Shown here: in pieces, positions 43,437-53,210 of the stretch | Numbering within the stretch: the stretch's first letter is position 1 | Layout: the number at the start of each line of letters is the position of its first letter | Translations under genes and position numbers: made by a program | DNA from: an uncultured Gemmatimonadales bacterium | GTDB taxonomy: Bacteria > Gemmatimonadota > Gemmatimonadetes > Gemmatimonadales > GWC2-71-9 | Length of the DNA: 64,000 nt | NCBI GenBank assembly: GCA_963730185.1 | Contig: CAVSQW010000015.1 | Location: forward strand, 672,001-736,000 | Direction of reading: 5' to 3' | Notes under the pieces: model-generated | Told to the model about the DNA's origin: nothing | Databases searched by the model: none | What the model saw: the letters and a program-made list of their open reading frames with translations, nothing else

Positions 43437-44635
43437 TCGCCGCTCTCCAGCTGGCCGTGGCGCCGATCCTGGCGGGCGCGTTCACCCTCTGGGCGGCCCT
43501 GATCGCGCTCGCCGCCGAGGCCGAGGCGACCCTCCCCCGCCTGTTGGTGCCCGACGGCGAAGAGCGGAGCGGCCTGACCCCGGGGCGGGGCCTTCACGTC
43601 CTGCACCTCGCGCTCCTGGCCGCGGCGGCCTTCTTCTCGGGCATCGCGCTCGCCTGGTGGGCCTGGCGCCCGCTGGAAGCCGGCCTCCGGCTGATCCTGT
43701 CGGTGGCGCTGGTCTGGGTGGTGGGTGATCTGCTCCCCCGGCTCTGGGCCGCCAACGAGCCGGGCTTCATCCGGGCCGACGGCCGGATCGCGACCGTCTC
43801 CCTGACGCTCTTCCAACCCTTCCTCCGCCTGGTGGCCTGGGCCGACCGTGGCGGCCGGAACGAGGAGGCGCCCGATGCCCTCAGGCACCGGGTCAACCAC
43901 GAGGTCCGTGAGCGGCTGGCCGGGGTCTTCGCCCTCCGCGACATGACCGTGGCCGAGGTGATGACCCCCCGCATGGACGTGGTGTCGGTCGATCTCTCGG
44001 CGACCCGCGGCCACCTGCTCGAGACCTTCCGGGCCACCGAGCACTCCCGGCTCCTGGTGGTCGACGGCGATCCCGACAATGTCGTGGGGGTGATCTACGC
44101 CAAGGACCTCCTGGCCGAGCTCGACCGGGCCGCCGGCGAGAGCGACTGGCATGGGCTGGTCCGACCGGTCGAATACGTCCCCGATGCCAAGCGCCTGGAC
44201 CGGCAGCTTCGCGACTTCCAGCGGGGCCGGGCCCATCTGGTGGTGGTGGTCGACGAGTACGGCGGGACCTCGGGGATCGTGACCATGGAGGACGTCTTGG
44301 AGCAGATCGTGGGCGAAATCCAGGACGAATACGACACCGAGGAGGTCGTCCCGATCGAGCGGAAGGAGGACGGCAGCCTCGCCGTGCTCGGCAACGTCCC
44401 CCTGGTGGACCTCGAGTCCGAGCTCGACCACAGCTTCCATCAGGAGGACGTGGATACGGTGGGAGGCCTGGTGCTGGCCCTCGCCGGCCGGGTGCCGCGG
44501 GTGGGTGAGACCATCGTGGCCGGCGAGATCGCCCTCACCATCGATCAGGTGAGCCGCCGCCGGGTCCTCCGGGTCACGGTCCGCCCGGTGGTGGTTCCGG
44601 TGGCCGAGCGGGCCGGCGACGAGGTCGACGGATGA
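43424..44635 (+). CDS. CorC/CNNM (hemolysin-like) protein: TM + CBS pair + CorC_HlyC
   Basis: EVMTPR, HSRL, VVDEYGGTSGIVTMED..EQIVGEIQDEYD, DTVGG. Confidence 0.88.
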   Translation: MSWLIAALQLAVAPILAGAFTLWAALIALAAEAEATLPRLLVPDGEERSGLTPGRGLHVLHLALLAAAAFFSGIALAWWAWRPLEAGLRLILSVALVWVVGDLLPRLWAANEPGFIRADGRIATVSLTLFQPFLRLVAWADRGGRNEEAPDALRHRVNHEVRERLAGVFALRDMTVAEVMTPRMDVVSVDLSATRGHLLETFRATEHSRLLVVDGDPDNVVGVIYAKDLLAELDRAAGESDWHGLVRPVEYVPDAKRLDRQLRDFQRGRAHLVVVVDEYGGTSGIVTMEDVLEQIVGEIQDEYDTEEVVPIERKEDGSLAVLGNVPLVDLESELDHSFHQEDVDTVGGLVLALAGRVPRVGETIVAGEIALTIDQVSRRRVLRVTVRPVVVPVAERAGDEVDG

Positions 44636-45834
44636 TCTGGTTCGCGATCGTGGTCGGCCTCCTGGTGACCGTCTTCGGCGCCTCGGCCAGCGCCGCCCTG
44701 GTGGTGGTGAGCCGGATGAGCCTGGCCGAGGCCGTCTCGCGCCGGCTCCGCGGACAGCCGTCGTCGCTGGAGTGGTTCGACGAAGCCGAGCGGGACCTGG
44801 CCGGCGCGACCGCGACGACCGGGTTGGGGACCGCCATCCTCGCCGCCGGGCTCTCGGCCGGCGTGGCGGTCGTCACCGGGGCGCTCCCGCTCTGGGGGAT
44901 CCTCCTGCTGGTGCTGCTGGGCGCGATCCCCCTGGTGCTCTTCAGCGGCTACGTCCTCCCCCGCTGGCTCACCGTCAGCCGGGCCACCCGGGTGGCCGCC
45001 GCGCTCCGGCCCATTCTTCGCCCCTGGTCGCGGGCCCTCGCCCTGGTCCTGCCCGAGCCCGCCCGCCGGAAGGAGAACGACGCCTTGCCGCTCTGGCGCG
45101 AGGTGGCCGGCGTGTTGGCGCCCACCGAGGAGCTGGTGATGGTGGGGAACGTGATCACCTTCGCCCAGCACGCCGTCCGCGAGGTCATGACGCCCCGAAC
45201 CGACCTGGTGGCGATTCCCGAGGAGGCCGGGCCCGACGAGATCACCCAGGCCTTTCTCCAGAGCGGCTACAGCCGGATCCCCGTCTACCGAGGTACCATC
45301 GACGAGATCCTCGGCATGGTGCACGTGTTCGATCTGCTCAAGCTCGAGCCCGGGCATCGGGTCCCGATCCGGCCGGTGGGCGTGGCGCCGGCCAGCCGGA
45401 GCTGCGCCGACGTGCTCCTCGACATGCAGCGGGAGCGCCGCCACCTGACCGTGGTGCTGGACGAGTTCGGTGGGACGGCCGGGATCGTCACGCTGGAAGA
45501 TCTGCTCGAAGCCATGGTCGGCGAGATCTACGACGAGCACGATCTGCCCCCGGGCGACCTGCCGCCCGACGTGGCCCACCCGGTCTGGGAGGCTGAGGGC
45601 GCCACCGAGGTCCACGAGCTGGAGGAGCGGTTCGGCGTCAGCCTCCCGGGCTCCGCCCGCACGATCGGGGGCCGCCTGCTCGAGCAGGTCGGCCGGGTTC
45701 CGCGCGAAGGGGAGCGGTTCGTCCTCGGCGGGCTCGAGCTCGACGTCCTGGCCGTGAGCCAGACCCGGATCGACCGGCTGGTGGTGCGCCGGGCCGGCGC
45801 GCCGGTCTACCCGCTCGACCGGGGCGACGAGTGA
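44632..45834 (+). CDS. Second CorC/CNNM (hemolysin-like) protein
   Basis: EVMTPR, YSRIPVY, VLDEFGGTAGIVTLEDLLE..VGEIYDEHD, TIGG. Confidence 0.88.
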   Translation: MIWFAIVVGLLVTVFGASASAALVVVSRMSLAEAVSRRLRGQPSSLEWFDEAERDLAGATATTGLGTAILAAGLSAGVAVVTGALPLWGILLLVLLGAIPLVLFSGYVLPRWLTVSRATRVAAALRPILRPWSRALALVLPEPARRKENDALPLWREVAGVLAPTEELVMVGNVITFAQHAVREVMTPRTDLVAIPEEAGPDEITQAFLQSGYSRIPVYRGTIDEILGMVHVFDLLKLEPGHRVPIRPVGVAPASRSCADVLLDMQRERRHLTVVLDEFGGTAGIVTLEDLLEAMVGEIYDEHDLPPGDLPPDVAHPVWEAEGATEVHELEERFGVSLPGSARTIGGRLLEQVGRVPREGERFVLGGLELDVLAVSQTRIDRLVVRRAGAPVYPLDRGDE

Positions 45835-47189
45835 ACCCGGACCAGAGCCGGGTCGAGGCGCTGCTCTCGCTCCTCCGGGCCGGGCGCGTCGCCGACTTTC
45901 TGGCCCAAGCCGAAGGCCTCGAGCCGGCCGATCTGGCCGACGTCCTGGCCGAGGCCGAGGAGTCGGAGCGGGTCGAGATCGTCAAGCTCCTCCCGCCGGA
46001 GCTCTCGGGCCAGGCCCTCTGGGAGCTGCCCGAGGAGGAACACCCCGAAGAGACCCTCGCCGCCCTCGAGCCGGCCAAGGCCGCCGAGATCGTCGAGGTT
46101 CTCCCCGACGACGACGCCGCCGACCTGCTCGGCGACCTCGAGCCCGGCGCCCAGCAACGGATTCTCGCCGAGCTCGACGACGTCGCGCAGCGCGACGAGG
46201 TCGTCGAGCTGCTCCAGTACGACCCGGAGTCCGCCGGCGGACTGATGACCGGCCACGTGGCCACCGTGCCGGCCAGCAGCACGGTGGCCGGCGCGCTGGA
46301 CGAGCTCCGCCGGCAGGCCGCCGAGCTGGAAGACTTCTCCGACGCCTACGTGGTGGGTGAGGCGGGCCAACTCCTCGGCAAGCTGAGCTTCAAACGGCTG
46401 GTGTTGAGCTCGCCCGATCGGGTGGTGCGGGAAGTGATGGAGGAGCCGGACGTCACCGTCCGGCCGGAGACCGACCAGGAAGAGGTCGCCCGGCTGATGG
46501 CCCGTTACAACGTCTCCAGCGTTCCGGTCGTGGACCGGTGGAACAGACTGCTCGGCCTGATCACCTTCGACGACGTGACCGACGTGGTCGAGGCCGAGGC
46601 CACCGAGGACCTGCTCCGTTTCAGCGGCGTCTCGGCCGACGAGCAGCTCGGCGCCAGCTGGTCGGTGGCCGTGAAGAGCCGGCTCCGCTGGCTCCTGGTC
46701 AACTTGTTCACGGCGGCCGCGGGCGCCTCGGTGGTCGGGTTCTTTCAGGGCAACATCGACCGGATCCTGGCCCTGGCCATCTGGATGCCGATCGTGGGCG
46801 GCCTGGGTGGCAACACCGGCACCCAGGCGCTGGCGGTCACCGTGCGCCGCCTTTCGCTCGGGCTCATCTCACCCGGGGAGTTCCGCCAGGTGGTGGGGAA
46901 GGAAATGTTGGTCGGGATCACCAACGGTCTGGCCATCGGCGCCCTGGCGGGTCTGGCGGCGACCGTCGTCGCCCACCTGACGGGCGCTCCCCCGCTCCTC
47001 GGCCTGGTCGTGTTCATGGCCCTGGCGCTCAACATGCTCGTGGCCGGAACGATGGGCGCCTTCGTTCCGCTGATCCTGGAGCGGTTCGGCGTCGATCCGG
47101 CGGTGGCGTCGTCGGTCTTCGTGGCGGCGTTCACGGACATGTGCGGGTTCGCCCTCCTCCTCGGGCTCGCCGGCTGGATCCTGCTCTAG
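45831..47189 (+). CDS. mgtE: Magnesium transporter MgtE
   Basis: Acidic N-domain, SAGGLM CBS pair, GGNTGTQA, DPAVAS...TD. Confidence 0.94.
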   Translation: MNPDQSRVEALLSLLRAGRVADFLAQAEGLEPADLADVLAEAEESERVEIVKLLPPELSGQALWELPEEEHPEETLAALEPAKAAEIVEVLPDDDAADLLGDLEPGAQQRILAELDDVAQRDEVVELLQYDPESAGGLMTGHVATVPASSTVAGALDELRRQAAELEDFSDAYVVGEAGQLLGKLSFKRLVLSSPDRVVREVMEEPDVTVRPETDQEEVARLMARYNVSSVPVVDRWNRLLGLITFDDVTDVVEAEATEDLLRFSGVSADEQLGASWSVAVKSRLRWLLVNLFTAAAGASVVGFFQGNIDRILALAIWMPIVGGLGGNTGTQALAVTVRRLSLGLISPGEFRQVVGKEMLVGITNGLAIGALAGLAATVVAHLTGAPPLLGLVVFMALALNMLVAGTMGAFVPLILERFGVDPAVASSVFVAAFTDMCGFALLLGLAGWILL

Positions 47190-47271
47190 CGCCTGACCCG
47201 GTCGTGGCGACGTAATCGTATCTGGCAGCGCAACTTGCGGTGGCTTGGTAGGGAGGCGACTTTTCTCCGTC

Positions 47272-48333
47272 ATGGATCCCGTCGCCCTGGCCTCCGAGCT
47301 CAGCCCGGCCCGCCCGGCCGCCCTCGCCCGGGCGATCTCGATCGTGGAGAACGGCCGACCGGGGTTCGAGCAGCTGCTCTCGGCGATCCATCCGAAGCTG
47401 GGCCGAGCCCACCGGATCGGGATCACCGGGCCGCCCGGCGCGGGCAAGTCGACGCTCACCCAGGAGCTGGTGACGGCGTACCGGAAGCGGGGACTGACCG
47501 TCGCGGTGGTGGCCGTGGACCCGACCAGCCCGTTCACCGGCGGCGCGCTCCTCGGTGACCGGATCCGGATGGAGTCGGTCTCGCTCGACGACGGGGTCTA
47601 CATTCGCTCCATGGCCACCCGAGGGTCGCTGGGCGGGCTGGCCCAGGCCACCCGCGAGGTGAGCGACGTCTTGGATGCCGCCGGATTCGACCGGATCCTG
47701 ATCGAGACGGTTGGGGTGGGGCAGTCGGAGCTGGACGTCGCGAAGATGACCGATTCGACGGTCCTGGTGTTGGTTCCGGAGTCGGGCGACGGGATCCAGA
47801 CGCTGAAATCCGGGATCATGGAGATCGCCGACCTGTTCGTGGTGAACAAGGCCGACCGCCCCGGGGCAGACAAATTGCAGCACGAGATCGAAGTGACCTT
47901 GGGGATCCGGAAGGGCAACGCGTTTCGTCGGATCAGGTCGCATCATGGGATCAGGGTGGCCGGGCGCCCGGCCGGAGGGAAGGCCGCTCCGGCCGCCGGT
48001 CGGGCCGAAACCAACGGTGCGGAGGCGTGGGAGGCACCGGTGCTCCTGACGGTGGCCGCTCGGGGTGAAGGGGTGAAGGCCGTGGTGGAGGCGACCGCTC
48101 GCCACTACGAATGGATGCGGACCACCGGGGCCCTGGAGAAGCGGCGCAGCGAGCGCCTCCTGCTTCGGACCCGCGAGGTGGTGCGACGGGCCGTGGATCG
48201 GTGGATCTGGACCGACACCGGCGTGGAAGGACTGATCGACGACCGATTGGACGACATGCTGGCCGGCAGGGTGAGCCCGTACGACGTGGCCGCCCAGGTG
48301 GTCGCCGGCCTCAAGGAGGGAGCGCGGATATGA
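47272..48333 (+). CDS. meaB: MeaB/ArgK G-protein chaperone of B12 acyl-CoA mutases
   Basis: [44 protein letters not shown]. Confidence 0.94.
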   Translation: MDPVALASELSPARPAALARAISIVENGRPGFEQLLSAIHPKLGRAHRIGITGPPGAGKSTLTQELVTAYRKRGLTVAVVAVDPTSPFTGGALLGDRIRMESVSLDDGVYIRSMATRGSLGGLAQATREVSDVLDAAGFDRILIETVGVGQSELDVAKMTDSTVLVLVPESGDGIQTLKSGIMEIADLFVVNKADRPGADKLQHEIEVTLGIRKGNAFRRIRSHHGIRVAGRPAGGKAAPAAGRAETNGAEAWEAPVLLTVAARGEGVKAVVEATARHYEWMRTTGALEKRRSERLLLRTREVVRRAVDRWIWTDTGVEGLIDDRLDDMLAGRVSPYDVAAQVVAGLKEGARI

Positions 48334-50045
48334 GTCGAGAACACGGAACCGCGGCCGCCGATCTGGCGACCAAGCTGGCGGAGCGGGAGCGCGAGCTGGC
48401 CGAGCTCAAGCGCGAAGTCGAGCAGTGGCGCGCGGAGTTCGGACGGCTCCCGCTCCGGACCGACGGCGACTTCACGTCGATCTCCGGTCGGTCGGTCGAG
48501 CCGGTCTATACCCCGGTCGACCTGATCGACACCCTGGGCGGCGACGGTCTCCTCCCGGGCGCGTTCCCGTACACCCGGGGGATTCATCCCTCGATGTACC
48601 GCGGCCGACTCTGGACCATGCGGCTCTTCTCCGGGTTCGGCACCGCGATCGACACCAACCAGCGGTACAAGTTCCTGCTCGAGCGGGGCCAGACCGGCCT
48701 CTCGGTGGCCTTCGACTTCCCGACCTTGATGGGCTACGACTCCGACCATCCCCGCTCCGAGGGCGAGGTCGGCAAGTGCGGGGTGGCCATCTCGAGTCTG
48801 GCCGACATGGAGACCCTCTTCGACGGGATCCCGCTCGACCAGGTCTCCACCTCGATGACGATCAACGGTCCGGCGGCGATGCTCTTCTGCTTCTACGTCG
48901 CCGCGGCCGAGAAGCAGGGCGTGGACATCGCCCAGCTCCAGGGCACCGTCCAGAACGACATGCTCAAGGAGTACATGGCCCAGCACGCCTGGATCTATCC
49001 GGTCGAGCCGGCCTTGAAGATCATCGTCGACATGTTCGAGTGGGCGGCGGAGCACACGCCCAAGTGGAACACCATCTCGATCTCCGGCTATCACATTCGC
49101 GAGGCCGGCGCCACGGCGGCGCAGGAGCTGGCGCTGACGCTGGCCAACGGCTTCAGCTACGTCGAGCACGGGATCGCCCGGGGACTGCCGGTCGACAGCT
49201 TCGCGCCCCGGCTCTCGTTCTTCTGGGACGTGCACAACGACTTCTTCGAGGAGATCGCCAAGATGCGGGCGGCCCGGCGGATCTGGGCCCGGCACCTCCG
49301 CGACAAGTACGGCGCCAAGGACCCTCGGAGCTGGAAGATGCGGTTCCACTGTCAGACGGCCGGGGTAAGCCTCACGGCCCAGCAGCCGATGAACAACGTG
49401 TCGCGGGTGGCCTATCAGGCGCTGGCCGCGGTGCTGGGCGGTACCCAGTCGCTCCACACCAACGCGCTCGACGAGACCCTGGCGCTCCCAACCGAGGAGT
49501 CGGTCCGGATCGCGCTCCGGACCCAGCAGATCCTGGCCTACGAGACCGGCGTCGCCAACGTGGCCGATCCGCTGGGCGGTTCCTACTACGTCGAGGCCCT
49601 GACCGACGCGTTCGAACGCGAGGCCGAGGGCCTCTTCGCCGACATCGAGGCGCAGGGCGGGGTGGTGGCGGCGATCGAGAAGGGCTGGTGCCAGCGCCAG
49701 ATCGCCGCCTCGGCCTCGCAGTTCCAGGCCGAGGTGGACTCCGGCCGCCGCGCGATCGTGGGGGTCAACGCCTTCACGGAGGACGAGGAGGGCCGGCCGA
49801 TCGAGACCCTCAAGGTCGGCGAGGGCGCGGAGCGGACCCAGCGCGACCGCTTGGCCCGGCTCCGGAGCGAACGGGACGGCACCCGGGTGGAGAAAACGCT
49901 GGCCGAGCTGGAGCGCGCGGCCCGCGAAGACCGGAACGTCATGCCGGCGATGCTCGACGCCGCCCGAGCGAACGCGACCCTGTTCGAGATCCGGGCCGCG
50001 TTGGAGGCGGTGTACGGGGCGTACCGCGAACCGGTGTTTTTCTAG
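48330..50045 (+). CDS. B12-dependent acyl-CoA mutase large subunit, isobutyryl-CoA mutase-like
   Basis: [34 protein letters not shown]; Phe and Gln at the specificity positions; no fused B12 domain. Confidence 0.92.
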   Translation: MSREHGTAAADLATKLAERERELAELKREVEQWRAEFGRLPLRTDGDFTSISGRSVEPVYTPVDLIDTLGGDGLLPGAFPYTRGIHPSMYRGRLWTMRLFSGFGTAIDTNQRYKFLLERGQTGLSVAFDFPTLMGYDSDHPRSEGEVGKCGVAISSLADMETLFDGIPLDQVSTSMTINGPAAMLFCFYVAAAEKQGVDIAQLQGTVQNDMLKEYMAQHAWIYPVEPALKIIVDMFEWAAEHTPKWNTISISGYHIREAGATAAQELALTLANGFSYVEHGIARGLPVDSFAPRLSFFWDVHNDFFEEIAKMRAARRIWARHLRDKYGAKDPRSWKMRFHCQTAGVSLTAQQPMNNVSRVAYQALAAVLGGTQSLHTNALDETLALPTEESVRIALRTQQILAYETGVANVADPLGGSYYVEALTDAFEREAEGLFADIEAQGGVVAAIEKGWCQRQIAASASQFQAEVDSGRRAIVGVNAFTEDEEGRPIETLKVGEGAERTQRDRLARLRSERDGTRVEKTLAELERAAREDRNVMPAMLDAARANATLFEIRAALEAVYGAYREPVFF

Positions 50046-50191
50046 GGCGTACTAGGGAGCAGGGAGTCGTGAGTGGTGGGCAGGGAGGGAGTGGTGAGTG
50101 GGGAGTAGTGCACTTCACCCCCTCGATCCCCCCACTCCCAATTCACGACTCCCTCCCAAGTCACTACTCACCATTCACCACTCACTACTCC
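50044..50191. repeat. G-rich/C-rich degenerate heptamer inverted-repeat tract 1
   Basis: GGGAG/GTGAGTG units followed by CACTCAC/CACTACT units; 12-bp perfect IR AGGGAGTCGTGA (50061-50072) / TCACGACTCCCT (50143-50154). Confidence 0.8.
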
Positions 50192-50193
50192 AC

Positions 50194-50613
50194 ATGGTTG
50201 CAGCTCGTCCGATTCGAGTCTTAGTGGCGAAGCCCGGCCTCGATGGCCACGATCGCGGCGCCAAAGTGGTGGCCGCGGCCCTGCGGGACGCGGGGATGGA
50301 AGTGATCTACACCGGCCTCCACCAGACCCCGGAGATGGTGGCCCGGGCCGCCATCCAGGAAGACGTGGACGTGGTCGGGCTGTCGATCCTGAGCGGTGCC
50401 CACATGACGCTCTTTCCGCGGGTGCGGGCCCTGCTCGACGAAGCCGGCCGGAGCGACATCCTCCTCACCGGCGGCGGCATCATCCCTCCGGAGGACATCG
50501 AGGCCCTCTCCCAGCAGGGCGTCGGCCGCCTCTTCGGCCCCGGCACCCCCTTGGCCGACCTGGTGGACTATATCAACGAGTGGGCCGCCGCGAACCTGGA
50601 ACGGGGATTGTAG
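50194..50613 (+). CDS. Cobalamin-binding small subunit of acyl-CoA mutase
   Basis: [11 protein letters not shown]xHxxG motif, SILSGAH, GGGIIP, FGPGT. Confidence 0.94.
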   Translation: MVAARPIRVLVAKPGLDGHDRGAKVVAAALRDAGMEVIYTGLHQTPEMVARAAIQEDVDVVGLSILSGAHMTLFPRVRALLDEAGRSDILLTGGGIIPPEDIEALSQQGVGRLFGPGTPLADLVDYINEWAAANLERGL

Positions 50614-50800
50614 GGACTCAATGTAGGGACTCGTGACTAGGAAGTAGGGACTAGGGAGGGAGTAGGGAGTACGGAGTAGGCGGTGGGAGCGCCGGAGCCC
50701 CAAGCCACCTGGTCCCGATTCCCTCCCAACTCCCTCCCAACTCCCTACTGCCAACTCCCTACTCCCTCCCTAGTCCCTACTCCCTACTCCCAAATCCCTA
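50611..50800. repeat. TAGGGAG/CTCCCTA heptamer inverted-repeat tract 2
   Basis: 28-bp perfect IR 50643-50670 / 50754-50781 embedded in degenerate TAGGGA(G/C) repeats. Confidence 0.88.
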
Positions 50801-53152
50801 TCAAGGTATCATCGGCCGGTCGGCCTTCTTCAGCAGAAACAGCCCCTCTTCGATACTGGTCACCGCAATCGTCCCACTCTTGAAGAACGGGTAGTTGCTC
50901 CATGACCCGGTGAAGCCGGCGGCGTCGGGGCCGACCGGGCTGGTGTCGAAATAGCCCACCGGCTTCGGGTGGGTCCGGTCGCTGATGTCGAACACTCGGA
51001 GGCCGCTCGCGTAGTTCGACTGGAACATCAGGTTGCCCTTGATGTACAGGTTGTGGTCGCTGGACGGGTTGGCCGAGACGTACTCGGTCGCAAGCACCGG
51101 GTCGTCCAGGTCGCTCACGTCCCAGATCAGGGTCCGAGTGCCCTTGACCAGGCCGCGGACCTCGTCCAGCTCGTCGTCCACGTAGAAGTAGCGCTGGTCG
51201 TCGGTGAGCCATCCCTGATGGGTGTATCCGACGTTCGGGTAGGCGGCGTGGGAGATCGCCCGGGGCGCCGCCTTGTCGGTCACGTCGGCGATCCCGAGAG
51301 CGTTCTCCGACGAGTTGAAGCAGATCTGGCGACCGGCGTACTGCTGGTCCGGGCCGTGATACACCACGCACTGGGCATCGTGGGTGTAGCCGGTCCGCTG
51401 GTTGCCCGTGGTCAGGTCGGCGAAGCATCCCGCGAAGGTGGGATGAAGCGGATCGCGAATGTCGATCATGTGGAGCGCGCCGCCGCAGGTCTCTCCGCCG
51501 CCATTGGCGCCCACCGCGAAGGCGTACCCCGAGGTGGTGTCGATCACGATGTTGTGGGCGCTCGCGATCTTGTCGTACCAGGCGTCGGCGGTGAACGTTT
51601 CGGGTGTGCTCACCTTTCGGAGCCGGGCCAGGTCGAACACCTGCATCCCGTGGTTCTGGGCGCCGTCGGAGACGACGAAGGCGTAGTTCCGGTAGGTCTT
51701 GATGTCGCGCCACGCCGAGGCGGGCGAGCCGGCGGTGCGGGGCAGATCGCCCAGATAGCGCGGCGCGCCGGCGTCGGTCACGTCGACGAACGAGGTGCCG
51801 TCGATCCGTCCCACCAGCGCGTATTCCCGGCCGGTCGACGGGTCGGTCCAGCCCCAGAGGTCGTTGAGCTGGACGCCCCGCGCCCCGCCCATCGCCGGGA
51901 CCGGCAGGAAGGCCAGCAGATCCACGTTGTGACAGTCGAAGATCCCGACCTTGCCGCCCGACCCGCACTCGTGCTTGGTGCCGGTCATCGCGGCCAGCGT
52001 CTTCTCCTCGGTCAGCACCTTCGTCCCTCCATTCCAGCGGCCGCCGGCGACGGCGTAGATCACCGCGGTCCCGGCCCCGAAGTCGTCGCCCGGGGAGCCG
52101 ACCACGGCCACGTCGCCCGACAGCGCGAGGGCCGCGCCGAACTGGTCGCCGGCGTCGGCGTCGGGGGACGCCAGCTTGCGGGATCCGGTGTAGGATCCGT
52201 CGGCCGCCCGGGTCAGCTGGTAGACGGCGCCGCTCCGGTCGGCCCCGGGCGCCCCGACCAGGAGCTCGGTCGGGGTGTCGACGATCCGCGCCCCGAACTG
52301 ACTTCGGCGGCCCCCGTCGAACGGCGCCAGCCGGGCCTGCTGGACCCACTGGCCACCTTGCCGCCGGTACGCGAACACCGCGCCGGTGCCCACGTCCGCA
52401 CCGGGGGCGCCGACCAGGAGGGTGCCGTCGACGATCGCGACGGCCGTGCCGAACTGCTCGAACCGGGTGGCGCCGCCGTCCTGGAGGATCGCCTCTTCCC
52501 GCCATTGGCCCGCGCCGTCCCGCCGGAACACGTAAGCCGCCCCCTTGGCGGAGTCGCGCTGAAAGGCCCCGACCAGCATCAGGTCGCCCGAGACGGCGAT
52601 CCCCGAGCCGAAGAAGTCGCCGGGCGCCCCGGTGCTCGCGGTGATCGTTGTGGCCTCGGTCCACCGGCCGTCGCCCTGACGCTCCCAGATCGCGACGGCG
52701 CCCCGGCCCTCGTTGTGACCCCACGAGGCGACGTAGGCTCGGTCGCCCCGGAGGAGCACCTTCCGTCCCCAGGCGTCCTGGGGCTTGGTGCTGGCCGCCA
52801 CGAGCTTGGCCACCTGGTGCCACTCGCCTCCGGATCGCTCGAAGAGGTAGGCCGCGCCCCGCGAGCTGTCGATCGAGGTCGCGCCGACCAGGAGGCGCTC
52901 GCCGTCGAGCGAGAGGTGTCGCCCGAACCGGTCCAGGGGCGTTCCGTCAGGTGCCGAGAAATGCGCCACCGCCTCCCATCCGCCCCGGCCGTTGGGCTCG
53001 AACACATGCACCATTCCCGGGGTGTAACGGTTGATCGGCTCGCCGATCGCAACCCGGTGGGGGCCGGCCGCGACGGCGCTGCCGAAGTTCTGCGCCGCGA
53101 GGGCCGGCGCGAGAGAGACCAGTCCGACTGAGATGAGTGTCGCCAACCGCAT
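50801..53152 (-). CDS. Secreted choice-of-anchor B family protein with FG-GAP repeats and LVIVD-like repeats
   Basis: Signal peptide, repeated FG..VA...LLVGA...GAVY, then NDLWGW, WRDIK, AHN, YTHDAQC, YTHQGW, DHN, WSNYPF; GGAGG RBS before ATG 53152. Confidence 0.8.
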   Translation of the reverse strand: MRLATLISVGLVSLAPALAAQNFGSAVAAGPHRVAIGEPINRYTPGMVHVFEPNGRGGWEAVAHFSAPDGTPLDRFGRHLSLDGERLLVGATSIDSSRGAAYLFERSGGEWHQVAKLVAASTKPQDAWGRKVLLRGDRAYVASWGHNEGRGAVAIWERQGDGRWTEATTITASTGAPGDFFGSGIAVSGDLMLVGAFQRDSAKGAAYVFRRDGAGQWREEAILQDGGATRFEQFGTAVAIVDGTLLVGAPGADVGTGAVFAYRRQGGQWVQQARLAPFDGGRRSQFGARIVDTPTELLVGAPGADRSGAVYQLTRAADGSYTGSRKLASPDADAGDQFGAALALSGDVAVVGSPGDDFGAGTAVIYAVAGGRWNGGTKVLTEEKTLAAMTGTKHECGSGGKVGIFDCHNVDLLAFLPVPAMGGARGVQLNDLWGWTDPSTGREYALVGRIDGTSFVDVTDAGAPRYLGDLPRTAGSPASAWRDIKTYRNYAFVVSDGAQNHGMQVFDLARLRKVSTPETFTADAWYDKIASAHNIVIDTTSGYAFAVGANGGGETCGGALHMIDIRDPLHPTFAGCFADLTTGNQRTGYTHDAQCVVYHGPDQQYAGRQICFNSSENALGIADVTDKAAPRAISHAAYPNVGYTHQGWLTDDQRYFYVDDELDEVRGLVKGTRTLIWDVSDLDDPVLATEYVSANPSSDHNLYIKGNLMFQSNYASGLRVFDISDRTHPKPVGYFDTSPVGPDAAGFTGSWSNYPFFKSGTIAVTSIEEGLFLLKKADRPMIP

Positions 53153-53210
53153 GGTGCCTCCGGAGGACACGGGGCGGGGGAACGGAATGGAAAGGTGGAT
53201 GCTGGGACCC

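Noticed and set aside
50098..50193. Upstream extension of the mutase small subunit (ORF start 50098) and small ORF 50683-50883
   Set aside because: Translations of heptamer repeats (PTPYS/HYSL-type low complexity)
50044..50800. CRISPR array or cobalamin riboswitch in the repeat tracts near the mutase
   Set aside because: No constant repeat with unique spacers, no cas genes, and no B12-box consensus recognisable
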